A stretch of DNA of 64,000 nt, taken from positions 1 to 64,000 of the forward strand of contig CBDBCE010000005.1 of assembly GCA_965203315.1 (NCBI GenBank). The letters are read 5' to 3'. The stretch is from Nitrosopumilus sp. (GTDB lineage: Archaea > Thermoproteota > Nitrososphaeria > Nitrososphaerales > Nitrosopumilaceae). The stretch's first letter is position 1, and each line of letters starts with the position of its first letter. Under the pieces are notes generated by a model. That model worked only from the letters and a program-made list of their open reading frames with translations. It did no database searches and had not been told where the DNA came from. This document shows positions 29,401 to 38,561 of this stretch, in pieces. The position numbers were made by a program, and so were the translations under genes.

Positions 29401-30928
29401 CACAGACTCTGCTACCTTTGATCTACGAAACGGTGCTCTACAGACAGACAAGTCTGTATATGTGATAGGCTCGGACATGATCGTAACACTCATCGATCCA
29501 GACCTTGATCTAGACAGCGGTACACGCGAAACATACACACTTGATCTGATCAAGTGGGACTCGGACGCAGGTACCAAGAATCTGAGTGAAGGTATATTCG
29601 ATGCAGAACCAGGCTCTCTACGAGAGACTGGTCCTAGCACAGGTATCTTCCAAGTGGTCATATCTGTTCCCAAGGCCATAGACAACGACAGACTAGAACG
29701 AGGCGAAGAGATCAAGCTAGAATACACCGACTATGGACCATCAGGTGCAGACTTTGTAGGTGATAACACAGAAGATATCGACAGAACGGTATTCACATCA
29801 AACTTTGGTGCTACAATAGAACTAGATCAAAGTGTATACAGTTGGACCGACAAGGTATTCATTACTGTAACAGCTCCTGATCACAACCTAAACACAAACC
29901 AAGTAGACGAGATTGGTGCTAATCCATATCCAGTGCGTGTTGCTACAAGATCCGACGACATTAAAAACTACAAACTCGTAGAGACAGGTACAAACACTGG
30001 TATCTTTACAGGTGAAGTAATACTGACAGGATTCTCGTACGACGCAGACGGTGATCAAGATACAGGCGAAGATGGTAAAGACGTCACAGGTCGTACATGT
30101 GACACATGTAATGGACCAACCGATGGACTATTACCAACAGACAACGACGACGGACTCGAGGTATCATTCGAGTTCTCTGACGACGAGACTGTTCGCAAGT
30201 CTGCTCTAATCCGTTGGAACATTGGTGAAGTTCAGTGGCTAGAAGCAAGTTATCCTGCTACAGCTACAGGCGTACTACGTGTAATCGATCCCGACATGAA
30301 CTTGAATCCAGAATCTGCAGACAACTTTGAGGTCAAAGTATGGTCTTCTAGTGCACCTAGTGGAATAACCCTTACAGTAACAGAGACTCAACCAGCAAGT
30401 GGTATCTTTGAAGGTACTGTATTCTTTGGACTCTCTGTCCAATCAGGTGGTCACAAACTATCCACAGAAGAAGGAGACACAGTCACTGCAAAGTACAGCG
30501 ACAACACTCTACCTGCTCCATACAGTAAAGGCGACTCTGAAGAGATCACTGCAACCACCATAATAGGAACAATAGTACCTCCTCTAGAACGAGTAAAGAT
30601 CGAGTCGTTGAGAATAGTAGACTCTACAGGTACAACACTCAGTACAGTATCAATAGATCAACAAGTCCAGATCACTGCAGATTTGACAAACACACAAGAC
30701 AAAGACCAGCCATTTGCATACTTGGTACAAATTCAAGATAGCGATGGCGTAACGGTATCTCTGTCTTGGATTGATGGTTCACTAACACCATCTCAGTCGT
30801 TTAGTCCATCTCAGTCTTGGATACCAACAGCAGCCGGTGAATACACAATTACCGTATTTGCATGGGAGTCGTTGACTATACCAACTGCACTATCTCCACA
30901 ACAGACAACAACAATAACTGTAAACTAG
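26441..30928 (+). CDS. S-layer protein, C-terminal 1495-aa portion lacking signal peptide
   Basis: Intact ORF with Ig-like S-layer repeats. Confidence 0.8.
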   Translation: MDVQNELKLLESDDTFDIVYHKAGAPQTISLTYDDSVNNDLKLDRTSYPRNAHVHVEITDHILNLDPTTKDVWIYDTDTTETTDTQIRYLYDDTSSDSQQRPKTTNLGCQDDKCMFSIDGISDNSTNTVNRIKDENNILYLHMPETVAPRYMFEETGPNTGVFKLISYPTSNKNYDLDDNESPIRIESMAPRGQNTQILYSDETVSVNTRLTTATVNLDVQDGTWNSGEKIDLTIVDADQNLNSDAEDDQKVSSANARIPVFVTGDPHTLKDGETDTIKRIYRDLPTPLPHEDTYIDSRSRLLSYEVDDSYRGTFTIDHTGGGGSVRYDKLVIPLGTLGDIHESINGNDTNKGIFTGRNLFNYDFSSVVSGITVPADPFTTGTDQDKNTQMNATLIVMPDNGSKAVVALWGTLVSTKSMGNSGYMDITDFMLGEDEDLKNKKLLADRTALYSVANVSKSSKVNLVLQFTSNDDLTKPTIVDMDKDKKFSLVADFFSYGFYDDGAQAAERIANQIIRVEVEETGENTSTFTGTLEYVMINQLNVNDPKTYTDIMPRGNEVKFIAFEDLTGSDARVNYADIDSNGNMATVSDQQDIATASGVVSLNAETYSVGSNVVITLEDSDLNTDPDRADTYTVVTRNMTDGTTNTGKDKDQVGIDVMPTYEALLPGKKSLGMLLEVTFDGKRWQSGCTLSDGVQNGLGATGFTLQETGSSTGVFTGSFAIPKEVCNFNDDGSVNTNESKITVSGKDIGVTYLDFRDASGQIVTAGDSASIGASTGSVSLDRTVYPVPYGAGTESGSSRALDMAGANLAGGTVKVYVQVNDPDYNLNPTGEDKIEDESGNGPVKVIVSRSGDECVIGNAGGTTSVPTDEISRLLQDRNTKKASYDLDKTNTDKQTAYLLAQLKYDAASDTGTCTPRELGALTETSPESGVFEVSFNLYPKDGPSGSDCPSRTIADGTTSRTCILQGDILTVQYNDTTDASGNPRTVTDSATFDLRNGALQTDKSVYVIGSDMIVTLIDPDLDLDSGTRETYTLDLIKWDSDAGTKNLSEGIFDAEPGSLRETGPSTGIFQVVISVPKAIDNDRLERGEEIKLEYTDYGPSGADFVGDNTEDIDRTVFTSNFGATIELDQSVYSWTDKVFITVTAPDHNLNTNQVDEIGANPYPVRVATRSDDIKNYKLVETGTNTGIFTGEVILTGFSYDADGDQDTGEDGKDVTGRTCDTCNGPTDGLLPTDNDDGLEVSFEFSDDETVRKSALIRWNIGEVQWLEASYPATATGVLRVIDPDMNLNPESADNFEVKVWSSSAPSGITLTVTETQPASGIFEGTVFFGLSVQSGGHKLSTEEGDTVTAKYSDNTLPAPYSKGDSEEITATTIIGTIVPPLERVKIESLRIVDSTGTTLSTVSIDQQVQITADLTNTQDKDQPFAYLVQIQDSDGVTVSLSWIDGSLTPSQSFSPSQSWIPTAAGEYTITVFAWESLTIPTALSPQQTTTITVN

Positions 30929-30935
30929 TTCAAAC

Positions 30936-30957
30936 TTTCTCTTTTTTTCTTTTTTTA
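30936..30957 (+). terminator. oligo-T archaeal terminator of S-layer gene
   Basis: T-rich run with two long oligo-T tracts just after the stop codon. Confidence 0.65.
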
Positions 30958-31152
30958 TATTTACATAATACAATATACAATATACACAATGTAGCTTATG
31001 CATGGCGATAGCTGTATACAGTAACGGCTACAGCACACGATAGTATTCTGTACCTACGTCACGTTATGACCAGATGATCCCTGCTCTCTCATTCTCTATT
31101 CTCGCATCATACAATATTGATCATTCACAAGAATATTCTCTTAACTTATCTG

Positions 31153-31363
31153 GGACAGTTGGAATTTAGGAGTTCTTGGAATTATACTAGTGGTAAAAGT
31201 ACCATGATAAAAAACTAAAAAATTACATGATTCATGATTCCAATATCAAAAATTTACATAATTCAAGATGTATTGTTCAATAACATGTAAAATTTTTTGT
31301 GAATTGTTTACAGGATTGTCACTGCCTGCAAATTTCCAAGAACTCTCTTAATTTCCAACTGCC
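31153..31363. mobile_element. MITE-like element family D (single copy)
   Basis: ~30-bp imperfect TIR CAGTTGGAATTTAGGAGTTCTTGGAATT / AATTTCCAAGAACTCTCTTAATTTCCAACTG around an AT-rich core. Confidence 0.6.
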
Positions 31364-31574
31364 TTTCTATAAGAGAGCTGATGATTAATCAAGACTGACG
31401 TATTGTTTGGAGAATGTTTCTGAATCCGGTAAATTCTAGTAATTATTTCCTTTGCCTTCCACTTGTTACGTCACCTCATTCTATCTAAACACAACCCCTG
31501 CTGTCAGAATGAATGCTGTGTCTGATTCGAGACCATTCGTCTAACTTTTATCGTTGAGTGTTTCATGTATGATC

Positions 31575-32819
31575 ATGCGGTTAATGATCATAATTTTACT
31601 GATCTGTGTCATACCTGCATATGCTCAAGAGTATCCTGATCTCGGCGTATATGTGGAGCCTGTGCATCAAAACCTAGTTGTTCCATGGAGTGTAGATTGG
31701 TTACCTGATGGAACTATGATATTTACTGAACGTGGTGGCGATCTCTGGATTTCCGACAATGTACCACCAAGACTGATCCTGTCACTAGATACCGGTGGAA
31801 TTGAAGGAGGACTGTTAGGTCTTGCTGTCGATCCTGACTTTGAATCTAACAACTACATCTATCTGTACTATACATATTCAGATTTTTTCACTTTGATGAA
31901 CAAAGTTGTACGATATCAGTATGTTGACGGCAGTGTGTATGGTGAGACAACCCTTGTAGATCGAATTCCTGGTGGTCCTGTACATGACGGTGGACGAATA
32001 CAATTTGGACCTGATGAAAAGCTATACATCACGACTGGCGATGCTGGTGTACCTAGCCTCGCTCAAGATGTTGACTCACTAGCTGGCAAGATACTCAGAA
32101 TAAATCGTGACGGATCCATACCTAGCGATAATCCGTGGCCAAACTCTCCTGTGTATACTATGGGGCATAGAAATCCACAAGGAATTGATTGGGACAGATA
32201 TGGAAACTTGGTCGCATCCGAACACGGTCCATCAGGATTTTCATCTGGACATGATGAAATCAATATAATCATATCTGGCACAAATTATGGGTGGCCAAAT
32301 ATAGTTGGCGATGAGTCTACTTTTGGAATGTCGACTCCATTTTATCATACTGGTCAAGATACGTGGGCACCATCTGGTGTAGAGTTTTATGATGGTGGTA
32401 CTATACCTGCATGGACTGGAAAGTACTTTGTAGCTGCATTGTATAGCCAAAACTTACACATGTTTGATATCAATGCTACTGACGGTACTCTTTCGTCTCA
32501 CCAATCTTTGTTTCAGGATGAGTTTGGACGTCTACGTGACGTACAAACAGGTCCTGACGGTCATCTATACTTGTTGACTAGTAATCGTGATGGCCGAGGT
32601 AGTCCTTCACCAAACGATGATCAAATACTTCGAGTAATGCCTTTGGACAGCAAGTGCACAAATGATTCAAACACATGTTTGGCTGATTCACGTATTCCTC
32701 AATGGGTAAAGGAAATATTTGCTGCGTATTTGGACGATATGATAACCGAGGATGAACTGTTGAACGCATTACAATATCTCATAGAACAAAAGGTGATTCT
32801 AATCGACGCAGACAGATGA
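31575..32819 (+). CDS. PQQ-dependent glucose/sorbosone dehydrogenase-family exported protein
   Basis: Signal peptide; GLLGLAVDPDF, HDGGRIQFGPD, GHRNPQG, GRLRDV; C-terminal IPQWVK...LQYLI motif. Confidence 0.9.
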   Translation: MRLMIIILLICVIPAYAQEYPDLGVYVEPVHQNLVVPWSVDWLPDGTMIFTERGGDLWISDNVPPRLILSLDTGGIEGGLLGLAVDPDFESNNYIYLYYTYSDFFTLMNKVVRYQYVDGSVYGETTLVDRIPGGPVHDGGRIQFGPDEKLYITTGDAGVPSLAQDVDSLAGKILRINRDGSIPSDNPWPNSPVYTMGHRNPQGIDWDRYGNLVASEHGPSGFSSGHDEINIIISGTNYGWPNIVGDESTFGMSTPFYHTGQDTWAPSGVEFYDGGTIPAWTGKYFVAALYSQNLHMFDINATDGTLSSHQSLFQDEFGRLRDVQTGPDGHLYLLTSNRDGRGSPSPNDDQILRVMPLDSKCTNDSNTCLADSRIPQWVKEIFAAYLDDMITEDELLNALQYLIEQKVILIDADR

Positions 32820-33147
32820 CTTGGTGCTTTCACGTTGGTGTATTGAGTCAGACTTTTTTTAAATTGGCGATTAGGGATATCGAGCCTCCAAACCTACTGA
32901 TCGATAACACAGTAAAATAGATACGAAATTCGAACATATTGAGATAGAGTCGATTGACTTTCAATCAGTTTCTGATGTGTCTCTTCATTTTTTGATTGAT
33001 TTCTGACATTAAATTTGTATAGTCCAAGGGTCATTTAGAGCAATGGATGTTTAATCACCTAGATTTTAATCAAACATTTGTAGACTAGACATTACTAGCA
33101 TACAGAAATTAGGGTGTCTGAATAAATTATATGTTGTAAAGTTTCAC

Positions 33148-34503
33148 ATGATATTAGTGAAAAAATCAACAAATGTCTCTACGAGGACGATCAAACGACC
33201 ACGTGGCAGACCTAGAAAAACCGATACCAGCACAACAACTAAACGACCACGTGGCAGACCTAGAAAAACCGATACCAGCACAACAACTAAACGACCACGT
33301 GGCAGACCTAGAAAAACCGATACCAGCACAACAACTAAACGACCACGTGGCAGACCTAGAAAAACCGATACCAGCACAACAACTAAACGACCACGTGGCA
33401 GACCTAGAAAAACCGATACCAGCACAACAACTAAACGACCACGTGGCAGACCTAGAAAAACCGATACCAGCACAACAACTAAACGACCACGTGGCAGACC
33501 TAGAAAAACCGATACCAGCACAACAACTAAACGACCACGTGGCAGACCTAGAAAAACCGATACCAGCACAACAACTAAACGACCACGTGGCAGACCTAGA
33601 AAAACCGATACCAGCACAACAACTAAACGACCACGTGGCAGACCTAGAAAAACCGATACCAGCACAACAACTAAACGACCACGTGGCAGACCTAGAAAAA
33701 CCGATACCAGCACAACAACTAAACGACCACGTGGCAGACCTAGAAAAACCGATACCAGCACAACAACTAAACGACCACGTGGCAGACCTAGAAAAACCGA
33801 TACCAGCACAACAACTAAACGACCACGTGGCAGACCTAGAAAAACCGATACCAGCACAACAACTAAACGACCACGTGGCAGACCAAAAAAATCACTTCTT
33901 GACAGCTTGTCTGAGTTAGCTGCCGAAATTGAACAAGATAAGCTAAAAAAGGCAAGTGATGTGAACCAGCTGGAACAAACAAAAAATCAACCAACATTTC
34001 AAGCAAAACATATGGTGACAAACGACTCGGTCAAAATAGATAAAGCCGAATTAAACAAAACACTAAAACAGATAGATGAAAAAATAGCAAAGGTATTAAA
34101 ATATTATATAGTTGATACTGATGCGAAGGAGATCAGATCTATTACAGATTATTTAATGTCTGACATCAAAGACATAGTAGTCGAAAATATGAAGGCTAAT
34201 CAAAGAGTTGTGTACAAAAAGTTTTCTAAACAACTGGAAAGTAGAATTATTAGAGGGCTTAAAAATATTAACATTGTAAAGCATGTATGTTATGACAACA
34301 GTTCAACGCATGATTACATGAATCTGATTGTGATATATGATCACAAGAATAGTTCTCACGCATACGATATAATCTCTGACATAGTTCAGAGTGTTGAGGT
34401 TGATCGTCACAAGCTATATATCGACTTGAACATATTAAGTGTGTCTGAAGCTAATGCTAATCCTGAATTTCTAAAGCATACTACCACTCTACTTACACGA
34501 TAA
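33148..34503 (+). CDS. multi-AT-hook DNA-binding protein (15 KRPRGRP hooks) with C-terminal domain paralogous to 3846-4337
   Basis: In-frame 16-aa repeat KRPRGRPRKTDTSTTT x14 + KRPRGRPKK; upstream AATTATAT box. Confidence 0.8.
   Translation: MILVKKSTNVSTRTIKRPRGRPRKTDTSTTTKRPRGRPRKTDTSTTTKRPRGRPRKTDTSTTTKRPRGRPRKTDTSTTTKRPRGRPRKTDTSTTTKRPRGRPRKTDTSTTTKRPRGRPRKTDTSTTTKRPRGRPRKTDTSTTTKRPRGRPRKTDTSTTTKRPRGRPRKTDTSTTTKRPRGRPRKTDTSTTTKRPRGRPRKTDTSTTTKRPRGRPRKTDTSTTTKRPRGRPRKTDTSTTTKRPRGRPKKSLLDSLSELAAEIEQDKLKKASDVNQLEQTKNQPTFQAKHMVTNDSVKIDKAELNKTLKQIDEKIAKVLKYYIVDTDAKEIRSITDYLMSDIKDIVVENMKANQRVVYKKFSKQLESRIIRGLKNINIVKHVCYDNSSTHDYMNLIVIYDHKNSSHAYDIISDIVQSVEVDRHKLYIDLNILSVSEANANPEFLKHTTTLLTR
33193..33884 (+). 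repeat. perfect 48-bp tandem repeat, 14 full copies + partial
   Basis: Unit AAACGACCACGTGGCAGACCTAGAAAAACCGATACCAGCACAACAACT starts at 33193+48n through 33865. Confidence 0.98.
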
Positions 34504-34541
34504 ATTCACATGATGCTCAATTATGTATGATTAAGTTAATA

Positions 34542-34656
34542 GGATCTTTTCGATTTAAGTGGGATAAAATTTCGCAAGGCTTTTCCATAATTTTCCCTTA
34601 TGGGATTTCGCAGTGTTTTCTATAGCCCTTCTATCCCATGCAAATCGAAAAGATCT
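34542..34656. mobile_element. MITE family B, copy 6
   Basis: GGATCTTTTCGATTTAAGT...ATGCAAATCGAAAAGATCT. Confidence 0.8.
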
Positions 34657-34858
34657 AGTAGAGCACCTCAATCTACTCGCAAGACTCTGGTTTGTTAGTT
34701 GTCTTATGAATATGCGGTGTTGAGTCTTAACTCGTAGCTTGTCTAAACACAATACGTCTTGACCTCGGATTTTGATTTTATTCCCTTTCTAGCGACTCGG
34801 AGATCATATAAAATCTAACGAAAGAAACAGTTATCCATAAGGCTTGCGGATACTAGTT

Positions 34859-35266
34859 ATGTCAAATGCAGAATCGCCGTTTTGTGACCCCCTGGAGAAA
34901 CAAAACAAATTTGCAACATCGATCTCTTGTATGGATGGACGAATTCAGATTCCTCTATACAATTGGATCAAGACAACATATCGAGTCAACTATGTTGATG
35001 TGATAACAGAACCGGGAGTCGACAAAAAAATGTCTGAGGATGTAGGCATCGAGACTATTCGAGACAAGGTTTTGATATCGGTCAACGCTCATAAATCTCA
35101 AATAGTTGCAGTGTCTGGACACTATGACTGTGCAGCCAATCCTGTAGATGCTGAGAGACATATGTCTGAGATCAATAATGCAGTAGCGATCATAAAATCT
35201 TGGGATCTTGGAGTCAATGTAATAGGTCTCTGGGTAGATGACTCTTGGAATGTTAACCTGCTCTAA
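34859..35266 (+). CDS. putative beta-type carbonic anhydrase-like protein
   Basis: CMDGR, ITEPG, GHYDCAAN Zn-ligand pattern. Confidence 0.75.
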   Translation: MSNAESPFCDPLEKQNKFATSISCMDGRIQIPLYNWIKTTYRVNYVDVITEPGVDKKMSEDVGIETIRDKVLISVNAHKSQIVAVSGHYDCAANPVDAERHMSEINNAVAIIKSWDLGVNVIGLWVDDSWNVNLL

Positions 35267-35630
35267 TATTGATGTGTCATATGATCGGATACAAGACTGT
35301 GACTCAGTCTGCGTTCACAATGACTCTTCTTTGAGATAACTATAACTCACTCCTCGTATAAAGTGACGCTCATTTTTAATTGACTCTTAGGCGGCTGTTT
35401 TTTTGACATCTGTCTAATAAGCGTCTCAAATTGTGTCTCGTATCTGTCTTTTAGATACCTGTAACGTCGCTCATGTTTTAGATGTCGATGACCAAGTCTG
35501 TCGAATCACTTGTCATCCTATTGGAAATTATTCGATTTGTGTGAAATAGTAAGATTATTCATGATTTTAATTTTTTCAAAAAATTTGAAAATTCTAAGAT
35601 AATGTATGTTGTATGTTAGTCAAATTAACG

Positions 35631-35673
35631 ATATATCGGTAATACCAACACTATTTAAGGCATACCGATATAT
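35631..35673 (+). promoter_or_regulatory. inverted-repeat operator flanking TATA box
   Basis: ATATATCGGTA (35631-35641) / TACCGATATAT (35663-35673) around TATTTAA. Confidence 0.65.
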
Positions 35674-35682
35674 GTATCAAAG

Positions 35683-36306
35683 ATGCGCAAAAAGAGAGGT
35701 CTCATCCGAGAGAGGATAATTCGAATATTACTCAACAATCCTAGTGGCGATCTCACAAAATACAGGGTGGCGAAATTAGCAGACGCTGCATATTCTTGGG
35801 TACATGACTTTCTCAAGAATTTAGAAAGTAACAGTTTGATAAAAAAGACCAGTGTTGCAAACCATCAAGGCCTCTTCTCGCTTTGGAGGGAGTTTCAGAT
35901 TATTCCTGAGAAGAGAGAATACATGATTCAAGATCCGTTCAAGATCCTCAAATCCAATGCACTAAAATATGCTCTTACTACATATGTGGGAGAAAATTTA
36001 ATGCAAAAATATCTCATCCCTTCCCGTGTTGATTTTTACATAGATCCAAAAGACAAAGCAAAGTGGCATGACATTCTCTCTAATAGTGGTCTTGTCGGAA
36101 AAGGCAATGTTCGAGTGTTGATTGGTGACACCCATGTCTTTTACAACATGTTTGAAAGAGAAGGACTCAACACTGTCTCGATTCCCCAACTGATCGTAGA
36201 TCTCTTGAGAGAGGGAGGCCCGTGTGGAGAGGCAGCCGAGATGCTTATAGAAAAAGAGGAAGAACGGTTTGCATTAGACAATGAGAAAAGCCTAAGTCAA
36301 TTATAG
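35683..36306 (+). CDS. HTH protein, AbiEi-like (type IV TA antitoxin-like)
   Basis: N-terminal wHTH; YALT, RVDFYI, GNVRV, VSIPQLIVDLL..GG...EAAE.L. Confidence 0.7.
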   Translation: MRKKRGLIRERIIRILLNNPSGDLTKYRVAKLADAAYSWVHDFLKNLESNSLIKKTSVANHQGLFSLWREFQIIPEKREYMIQDPFKILKSNALKYALTTYVGENLMQKYLIPSRVDFYIDPKDKAKWHDILSNSGLVGKGNVRVLIGDTHVFYNMFEREGLNTVSIPQLIVDLLREGGPCGEAAEMLIEKEEERFALDNEKSLSQL

Positions 36307-36452
36307 CACTCTGTTTTACATCTGATGATGCGTGGATTGACATAGTAGATGCTAAATGCAGAATCTCTAACTTGTCTCGATCTCGATATCTAAAATGCTC
36401 GTTTACTAAAGTTTACACACGGTTTAAATTATGTGCGATGTATTGTCTAGTG

Positions 36453-36962
36453 ATGAAGATATCTGCCAAAATTAAAAAGGCACTAAACGATCAGATTGCA
36501 CTAGAAGCAGACGCATCTAACAAATATCTCTCAATGGCATCCTGGTGTGAAATTACTGGCTATGGTGGTGGATCTGCTTACTTTTATGCTCAGTCTGATG
36601 AAGAGCGTACTCATATGCTAAAGATCGTACATTATCTAAACGATATTGGAGTTTCAGCTATAATTCCTGCAATATCTGCACCTATGTCTTCTTACAAATC
36701 TCTTGAAGAGACGATAAAGATCGCATTAAAGAGTGAGCAAAATGTGACCCAAGCGATCAACAAGATAGTAGAGATTGCACAACGCGAGGGTGATCATGCT
36801 ACATATGTATTTCTAGAATGGTTTGTAACTGAACAACTTCATGAAGAGACAAAGTTCGAAACTCTATTGCAAAAGTTTGATCTAATTGGTCGAGACAAAC
36901 TCGCAATAAATGAGATAGATAAAATTATGGCTATTGAATCTACCTCTACAGATCAGCCCTAG
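36453..36962 (+). CDS. ftn: ferritin
   Basis: LNDQIALE, YLSMASW, QSDEERTH, FLEWFVTEQLHEE. Confidence 0.93.
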   Translation: MKISAKIKKALNDQIALEADASNKYLSMASWCEITGYGGGSAYFYAQSDEERTHMLKIVHYLNDIGVSAIIPAISAPMSSYKSLEETIKIALKSEQNVTQAINKIVEIAQREGDHATYVFLEWFVTEQLHEETKFETLLQKFDLIGRDKLAINEIDKIMAIESTSTDQP

Positions 36963-36968
36963 TATGAT

Positions 36969-37307
36969 GTGATGATGACAGTTATAGTCACACGCATGCC
37001 TGGAAATATAACACAACTGTTCAATACTGATACTGGCAGAATTACGTACAAGTGTAGATCAGACTCGGCGTATCTACTACTGGATGCATTTGGGGGAATT
37101 GTCAAATTTAACAAAAAAGGTGCGACAGCAACTGTTGCTGGACATATAACTGAACTTGATTTTTGTGACGTACTCAAAAAAGGCCATGTAGATTACCAGA
37201 TTGCACTTGAATCTATAGTTAAATCACATGTCGAGTTTGCACAACAGACATCTGATAAACAACAAGATTTTATTCATGAATTAGAACACAAGCTATCTGG
37301 CCTTTGA
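36969..37307 (+). CDS. hypothetical protein
   Basis: 112-aa ORF directly after ferritin. Confidence 0.5.
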   Translation: MMMTVIVTRMPGNITQLFNTDTGRITYKCRSDSAYLLLDAFGGIVKFNKKGATATVAGHITELDFCDVLKKGHVDYQIALESIVKSHVEFAQQTSDKQQDFIHELEHKLSGL

Positions 37308-37742
37308 TATCTCTATTACTATGTGTATGGTAGAACACAACATGAATCTCTTCTACAGTGGTTGCTGTGTTAGGAATGATTTGTGGAATTCGTTTTTCAT
37401 ATTTGAGTATTCTTGTCGAACTGAATCATGTCACAATTAATTCTGTTATGTTGGATAATGGTGTCTATCTGCAAAGATCGATAGGAAGCGATCGAGCATC
37501 TACAATTGATTAGAATGATTTGACGATCTTGACTTTGTAACCCATCTCGTAGACACTGATACTACATCTGAACTCGGTTGCGTTGTGGATCAAAGTTTGT
37601 AAGATATCTGGGATGTTGAACACAAAGTCAGTCTACTCATCACATCGTCTTTGGTAGATCTTGGTCGTTAAATTGATGTTCTGCCAATCTTGGTCGTAGA
37701 TTTCACGCTTTGTATAAATTAGAGTAGTATGTAAACCACTTT

Positions 37743-38123
37743 GTGAGGAAATCAGTAGAAAATTTAGCTACGAGTAAGACGACTGGTGGTCGAAGACACC
37801 CGTTGCGTACTAGACGCAAGTACGAGACTGATCGATATCCAAATGAAGCTACAAGCGGAGCCCAAGTTACAATAACGAGAAGAGTTAGGGGGAACAACCG
37901 AAAGACTGCATTAAAGTCGATCGATTTTGTAAATCTTGCAGATGGTTCAAAAACAACAAAGACCAAGATCATCAAGGTTTTAGAGAATGCAACAAATAAC
38001 GATTATCAGAGGCGTGGAATTATTACTAAAGGCGCAATACTGGAGACTCAAGAAGGCAAATGTAGAGTGATATCCAAACCCGGACAGCAAGGAATAGTCA
38101 ATGCGGTACTGATCAAGCAATGA
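37743..38123 (+). CDS. rps8e: 30S ribosomal protein S8e
   Basis: KTTGGRR, RVRGNN.K, IITKGAI, SKPGQQGIVNA. Confidence 0.95.
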   Translation: MRKSVENLATSKTTGGRRHPLRTRRKYETDRYPNEATSGAQVTITRRVRGNNRKTALKSIDFVNLADGSKTTKTKIIKVLENATNNDYQRRGIITKGAILETQEGKCRVISKPGQQGIVNAVLIKQ

Positions 38124-38419
38124 AAGACTATGAACACTTTGTAGTTTGGTTGGATTATTTTAACAAAAATTTGAAGAGATCCAAAGGTAGACGAATGAGT
38201 CTAGAAAATTGCATATATGATCCAACACTAAAAGAACTTATGGATGCTACAAAATCAGCTGGTTTTGAGATCACAGAATCGGCAGATAGAGTTAGATTTC
38301 CGCGAAGACCATTTGTTAGATCTGGCTATGTAGTATTACCAAAACAACTATCAAAGACCAAAGTCCTTACTAAAATATCAAAAAGCCTTGTTGCAAAGAG
38401 ACACAAGCACTCCAAATGA
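38120..38419 (+). CDS. srp19: signal recognition particle protein SRP19
   Basis: VVWLDYF....RSKGRR, FPRRP...SG.V. Confidence 0.9.
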   Translation: MKDYEHFVVWLDYFNKNLKRSKGRRMSLENCIYDPTLKELMDATKSAGFEITESADRVRFPRRPFVRSGYVVLPKQLSKTKVLTKISKSLVAKRHKHSK

Positions 38420-38561
38420 TATCTAGTAAATACTCGTTATATTGTTCAAACTCATTTTAGTATCCATAATTTGTTTATCACGTTGCTACTACGAACATAA
38501 TCTGATATGAAGTTTGTTTTTTTGTATAGCGTATTGCATAGATCAGTTATATTGACGTGTA

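Larger units (their letters stand above)
25110..30928 (+). pseudogene. S-layer protein gene (Nitrosopumilus Slp-like) interrupted by IS1595
   Basis: Signal peptide MNNEIGRKTTSLILMTIMVAGGLTFAIP; repeated ETG.NTGVF/DPDLN motifs; C-terminal QPFAYLVQIQD...SQSWIP; frame rejoins when IS plus one TSD is removed. Confidence 0.85.

Noticed and set aside
33193-33884. CRISPR array
   Set aside because: Units are fully identical with no unique spacers, the length is a multiple of 3 inside an ORF, and no cas genes are present
33144-33919. Alternative ORFs 33144-33857(-) and 33173-33919(+)
   Set aside because: Open only because the repeat lacks stops in those frames; only the AT-hook frame continues into a paralog-supported domain
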